Source of the DNA: a virus
Taxonomy: Duplodnaviria > Caudoviricetes
DNA: 64,000 nt
Virus record (IMG/VR): IMGVR_UViG_3300035670_000009
Coordinates: 64,001-128,000 of that record
Strand: one strand, 5' to 3'
Positions 61,508-64,000 of the stretch are shown one piece after another (the first letter of the stretch is position 1; each line of letters opens with the position of its first letter). The notes beneath the pieces were generated by a model. It was not told where the DNA came from. It did not search any database and saw nothing but the letters and a program-made list of their open reading frames with translations. The translations under genes were made by a program, and so were the position numbers.

Positions 61508-63406
61508 TCACTCGGTGGCGGGGACCGTGATTACACCTGACAGTCGCAACAGGCCGACTTCGCCTGCATAGCTGTCCGCACTGCCTGTGCGACTGAGCGT
61601 CACCAGGATCGTATCGCCTTCGGCGATTACGAAGGCCTCGCTAGAAATCTCAATTGGTGTGTCAATCGCCAGCGAACTGGCGGGCACGTCGAAGGCAATC
61701 TCTGTTTCTTCCGCGACACCGGGGAGGGCTGGCATGCCCGACGTAATTGTTCCGGCCGGGCGGGGCAGGCGGCGATAGGACATTGAGAGCACAGGAAGAA
61801 CGGCTGTAGCGCGACCGAAAATCTGCGCGCGTACGCGCATCTCTAGGTTATTACCGAGGTTGGCGCTGGGGACGTTGAGGCGCACGCGCACCAGCGAATC
61901 CTGTCCTTGCGGAAAGCCCAGGTACGGGATGTCGAGATAAAGGCGCTCAACTGTATCGGAGAGCCGAATGATCTGCGGCGCAATTTCCCTTTCCACAAGC
62001 TGGTCGTCGTATGAAACTGTGACCAAGCCCTGGTAGAGTAAAGAGGTGTCGTTTGAAGGCAGGTCGAGCGCAGTTTTTTCAGCGGCCGTAAGCCCTCGAG
62101 TGCGCGTTCCAGCAAGCACGATCGGCCCGGCGCCTACGCGAAGACCCTCGGCAATCCAGCCTTTGCGAAACTTGAAGTCTGAGGTGATTTGCTTGTAAAC
62201 GCGGCTGCCCACAACCTCGGTCGGGTCGTCGACTAGCGCAAGATTAAGCCCCAGTTCCAAGTCGCCCGTAAGCGGCTGCTCGCGCGTGGCCAATGTGCCG
62301 TCGCAGTTCGCAATAGTAATTGGACTGTCGACGGCGGGCTTGAGGCTTGTAACCACAGACCGATCGTTGCCGAAAAGCATCCGCAAATAAACGACGATCA
62401 CCCGCATACGTTCTTCGCGGGGGCAGGCGGCGAGCGACGCAGATGACTCGACTGAAAGCGTGTCGAGATCGGCGGGCCACGGCACGTCGCCGTAGCAGTC
62501 GCTCATCCACCAGATGCCGTTAACGTCGCAGATGCACAGACCGTCGCTGCCCAGTGGAATTTCTGTGGCACCAACGTTGTTTACGCCTTTGTCCCAAAGC
62601 ATGGCCACAGCCTGCAGCGGCATCGGCGGCCATACAAGCGAAAGAGCCGCATGTTGCGAAAAGTTGTAGCCAAACTTCGCGCCGACAGGCGCACGTCCCT
62701 GAAAAACTTCGTGGTCGGCAGGCAGCCAGCCTTCTCGAGTGGCGTCGGCATTGTCGACCGTGTGAACTCCCGCAGTTGCGGCAACGTCGGGATCGTGATC
62801 TCCGGCCGGAAGCGCCACAAGCTCAAAGCGGTAGTGAATGTGGTCTTCAAGAAAGTCCCGCATCTGCGGCATCACGACGACCCAAGGATCGTCGGCGCAG
62901 TTATCTTTGACGCCCTGAACGTAGCAGACGCTGACCGTAACCGGCGGGCGTTGCTTAACGAGTTTTCCTGCCTCCGCCGACGACAAGTAATATCGACCTG
63001 CGGCCACAGGCGCCGATACGGCGTTGGTGATCTCGGGCAGCCGCACGACGCCGTGGAGTACGATGTCGGCGAGCGTCGCGTTTTTCTTTTTGTAGCACAG
63101 GCCCAGCACGTCACTCGACGGCAATGGAACGAGCGTCTGCGTCTCTTGGTCGGTGTCGACAGCTGCGAGCGCCAGCTCGTAGCGCTGCGTCGCGGCGTTC
63201 CAGAAAACGGGCTGGCCGGGCAGCACGTCTGGCGCGATCGTGGCGTCGACGTCGAAGATCGCCTGGCCCAGCGCCGCGGCGTCCAGGCGCTGCTTCAGGT
63301 ACTCAGTCCGGTCGACCAGTGCGCGGTCAGGACGGCTTACGACGCCTGCCTGCACCGGCTCACCGGGTGTGACGTGCTTGATATTGCTTAGCCAGTTATT
63401 GGACAT
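61508..63406 (-). CDS. putative tail/baseplate structural protein
   Basis: 632 aa; HVTPGEPVQAGVVSRPDRAL..RTEYLK is typical of tail-fibre/baseplate attachment N-termini; GGGAGG RBS. Confidence 0.6.
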   Translation of the reverse strand: MSNNWLSNIKHVTPGEPVQAGVVSRPDRALVDRTEYLKQRLDAAALGQAIFDVDATIAPDVLPGQPVFWNAATQRYELALAAVDTDQETQTLVPLPSSDVLGLCYKKKNATLADIVLHGVVRLPEITNAVSAPVAAGRYYLSSAEAGKLVKQRPPVTVSVCYVQGVKDNCADDPWVVVMPQMRDFLEDHIHYRFELVALPAGDHDPDVAATAGVHTVDNADATREGWLPADHEVFQGRAPVGAKFGYNFSQHAALSLVWPPMPLQAVAMLWDKGVNNVGATEIPLGSDGLCICDVNGIWWMSDCYGDVPWPADLDTLSVESSASLAACPREERMRVIVVYLRMLFGNDRSVVTSLKPAVDSPITIANCDGTLATREQPLTGDLELGLNLALVDDPTEVVGSRVYKQITSDFKFRKGWIAEGLRVGAGPIVLAGTRTRGLTAAEKTALDLPSNDTSLLYQGLVTVSYDDQLVEREIAPQIIRLSDTVERLYLDIPYLGFPQGQDSLVRVRLNVPSANLGNNLEMRVRAQIFGRATAVLPVLSMSYRRLPRPAGTITSGMPALPGVAEETEIAFDVPASSLAIDTPIEISSEAFVIAEGDTILVTLSRTGSADSYAGEVGLLRLSGVITVPATE

Positions 63407-63449
63407 CCGTGTCCTCCCAGGAGTTCACACATCCGTGTGAATCCAGCTG

Positions 63450-64000
63450 TTATTCAAATGCGATGTCCCAGGTGATGCCAATCTGCGACGAGGCTTCTTT
63501 GGTGACCTGGTTTTCGACGGCGAACGTGGTGCGCGCGAAGATAACGTCCTTCGTACGGTCGCTAAACTCCGGTGCAGCCACCAGGGCGGCGGAGTAGATC
63601 TTGCTGTTCACGCCGCTGCTGAAGTCTTTGCCGTGAACTCCGGATAGGCCCGAGGTCTGCGCGAAGAACGTGAGCTGGTTGCCGCTCTCGTTTGCCACGA
63701 AGTAATCCTCGTAGCCCGGCGAGATACTCAAGGCAGGTTCGACGCGCAGCTCGACCCGCAGGAAGTCCTGGGTGGCGCTCACGGCCAATTCGTTGTAGTA
63801 GTCGACGCCGAGGTCCCGGTCGAACGCTGAGACGCTGACTGGGTCTTCCGGGTCAGCGACGTTTTCGTACTCGATGTACATCCCTGCCACATGAAAACTT
63901 GGGCGCCCGGCCTGGTAGCGGTAACCAATCTGTCGGGCGGCGATATAGCCCCAGGAGAACTGGATCTGGTTGCGTTGCGTGTGGAGCGGCGTTATGAGCC
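63450..64000 (-). CDS. putative structural protein (partial; start lies beyond the right edge)
   Basis: The frame stays open upstream of the ORF-track start: LITPLHTQRNQIQFSWGYIAARQIGY..AGMYIEYEN..; ends QIGITWDIAFE. Confidence 0.65.
   Translation of the reverse strand, partial: LITPLHTQRNQIQFSWGYIAARQIGYRYQAGRPSFHVAGMYIEYENVADPEDPVSVSAFDRDLGVDYYNELAVSATQDFLRVELRVEPALSISPGYEDYFVANESGNQLTFFAQTSGLSGVHGKDFSSGVNSKIYSAALVAAPEFSDRTKDVIFARTTFAVENQVTKEASSQIGITWDIAFE

Noticed and set aside
62651-63391. 246-aa plus-strand ORF
   Set aside because: Antisense to the 632-aa structural gene, with no recognisable motifs.
63891-64000. Possible frameshift upstream of the last ORF
   Set aside because: On re-reading, the frame is continuous (AAC CAG ATC CAG TTC TCC TGG); the gene simply starts beyond the window.

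Overview
This window is best read as a 64-kb segment of a large (probably jumbo) tailed bacteriophage genome. The evidence is a GpA-type terminase large subunit, a baseplate/tail-like gene block running off the right edge, SbcCD, DEDD exonucleases, a primase-like gene, CsrA, a tRNA and dozens of small, tightly overlapped ORFs, almost all on the minus strand. Gene content (DUF1257/DUF2997/AAA module, CsrA, secreted Cys-containing peptide) suggests a Planctomycetota host; this is inference from remembered family distributions, not a database search. Four observations stand out. (1) A 12-bp palindrome, AWAGATATCTWT, recurs 11 times exactly at a strikingly even ~3-6.5 kb spacing, inside genes in all three reading frames. 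(2) A phage ADP-heptose pathway (hldE, hldD) plus a GT9 heptosyltransferase fusion is encoded downstream of large Ser-rich, Cys-rich, probably virion proteins, suggesting a heptosylated virion coat. (3) A small integron-like cassette array with attC-like sites has site halves that double as the N-terminal codons of the cassette genes. (4) A structured non-coding segment contains a tRNA-like module lacking an anticodon arm. All product names come from motif recognition by eye, and many start codons were re-assigned downstream of the ORF-track starts.
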